Assembly (NCBI GenBank): GCA_964252075.1
Contig: CAXULY010000030.1
Coordinates: 1-64,000 of the forward strand
DNA length: 64,000 nt
Source: an uncultured Deinococcaceae bacterium
GTDB lineage: Bacteria; Deinococcota; Deinococci; Deinococcales; Deinococcaceae
Reading direction: 5' to 3'
In this document: in pieces, positions 63,640-64,000 of the stretch
Position numbering within the stretch: position 1 is the stretch's first letter
Layout of the letters: each line of letters opens with the position of its first letter
Translations under genes and position numbers: made by a program
Notes under the pieces: model-generated
What the model was told of the DNA's origin: nothing
What the model saw: only the letters and a program-made list of their open reading frames with translations
Databases searched by the model: none

Positions 63640-64000
63640 CTAGCGGGTCACCGTGAAGTCCCACGTGAGGGCCGGGCCGCTACCGCCCTGCGCGTACATC
63701 TTGCTGAAGGGCGTGGCCGTGATGCGGTGCGTGCCGGGCGCGAAGACGCTGGCGTCGCAGGCGTAGTAATCGCCCTTCTGGCCGTTCTTGAAGCGCCCGT
63801 CCACGCACAGCGCGAAGGGCGCTTGGTTCTCCACGTAGGTCTTGCCGGTCGTCCATGCGAAGCGCACGCTGCCCACGCCGCCCGAGGTGTTCGCGCGGAC
63901 GTTCAGGTGGCGCGGCAGGGCCGAGAGGCGCAGCACCGCGCCCGCCGGGATGGGGTCGAAGCCCGGCACGGGGCGGTCCGTGTCCGCGTTGATGAGGGTC
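63640..64000 (-). CDS. C-terminal beta-sandwich domain of a probably secreted protein (partial, runs off the window)
   Basis: The frame is open from the window end: TLINADTDRPVPGFDPI...LNVRAN...VGSVRF...ENQAPFAL...GTHRITATPF. Confidence 0.75.
   Translation of the reverse strand, partial: TLINADTDRPVPGFDPIPAGAVLRLSALPRHLNVRANTSGGVGSVRFAWTTGKTYVENQAPFALCVDGRFKNGQKGDYYACDASVFAPGTHRITATPFSKMYAQGGSGPALTWDFTVTR

Overview
This is a high-GC bacterial chromosomal window. Gene content and pervasive leaderless TANNNT-6nt-start promoters point to a Deinococcus-like organism (inference). 0.2-13.1 kb is the distal part of a Wzx-type surface/exopolysaccharide cluster: SDR epimerase, WecB/TagA GT, a catalytically degenerate Fcl-like protein, ugd, uxs, four further GTs, a flippase and glf. 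The rest is mostly housekeeping and metabolism: ispF, trmL, glcDE, CoA-transferase/thiolase, hemL, lpdA, mltG, purEK, folC, aminopeptidase, acpS, wrbA, glpX, a heterodimeric ABC exporter and a membrane GGDEF-GAF-HD-GYP protein. The best candidate novel system is at 53.2-54.6 kb (- strand). There, a c-di-GMP-II riboswitch with a visible switching stem and an RBS-occluding hairpin controls a two-gene operon. The operon encodes a secreted TasA/camelysin-like fibre subunit and a secreted protein ending in four amphipathic beta-strands plus Trp, a possible outer-membrane anchor or pore. Other highlights are a low-GC Thr-rich collagen-like lipoprotein divergently paired with a GT2-TPR glycosyltransferase, an in-frame folC-aminopeptidase fusion, a glcD/glcE operon split by an antisense gene, tiny translational-bridge ORFs in the polysaccharide cluster and a candidate sRNA. 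I saw no rRNA, tRNA, CRISPR array or transposase. All calls come from motif recognition by eye; no database searches were run.
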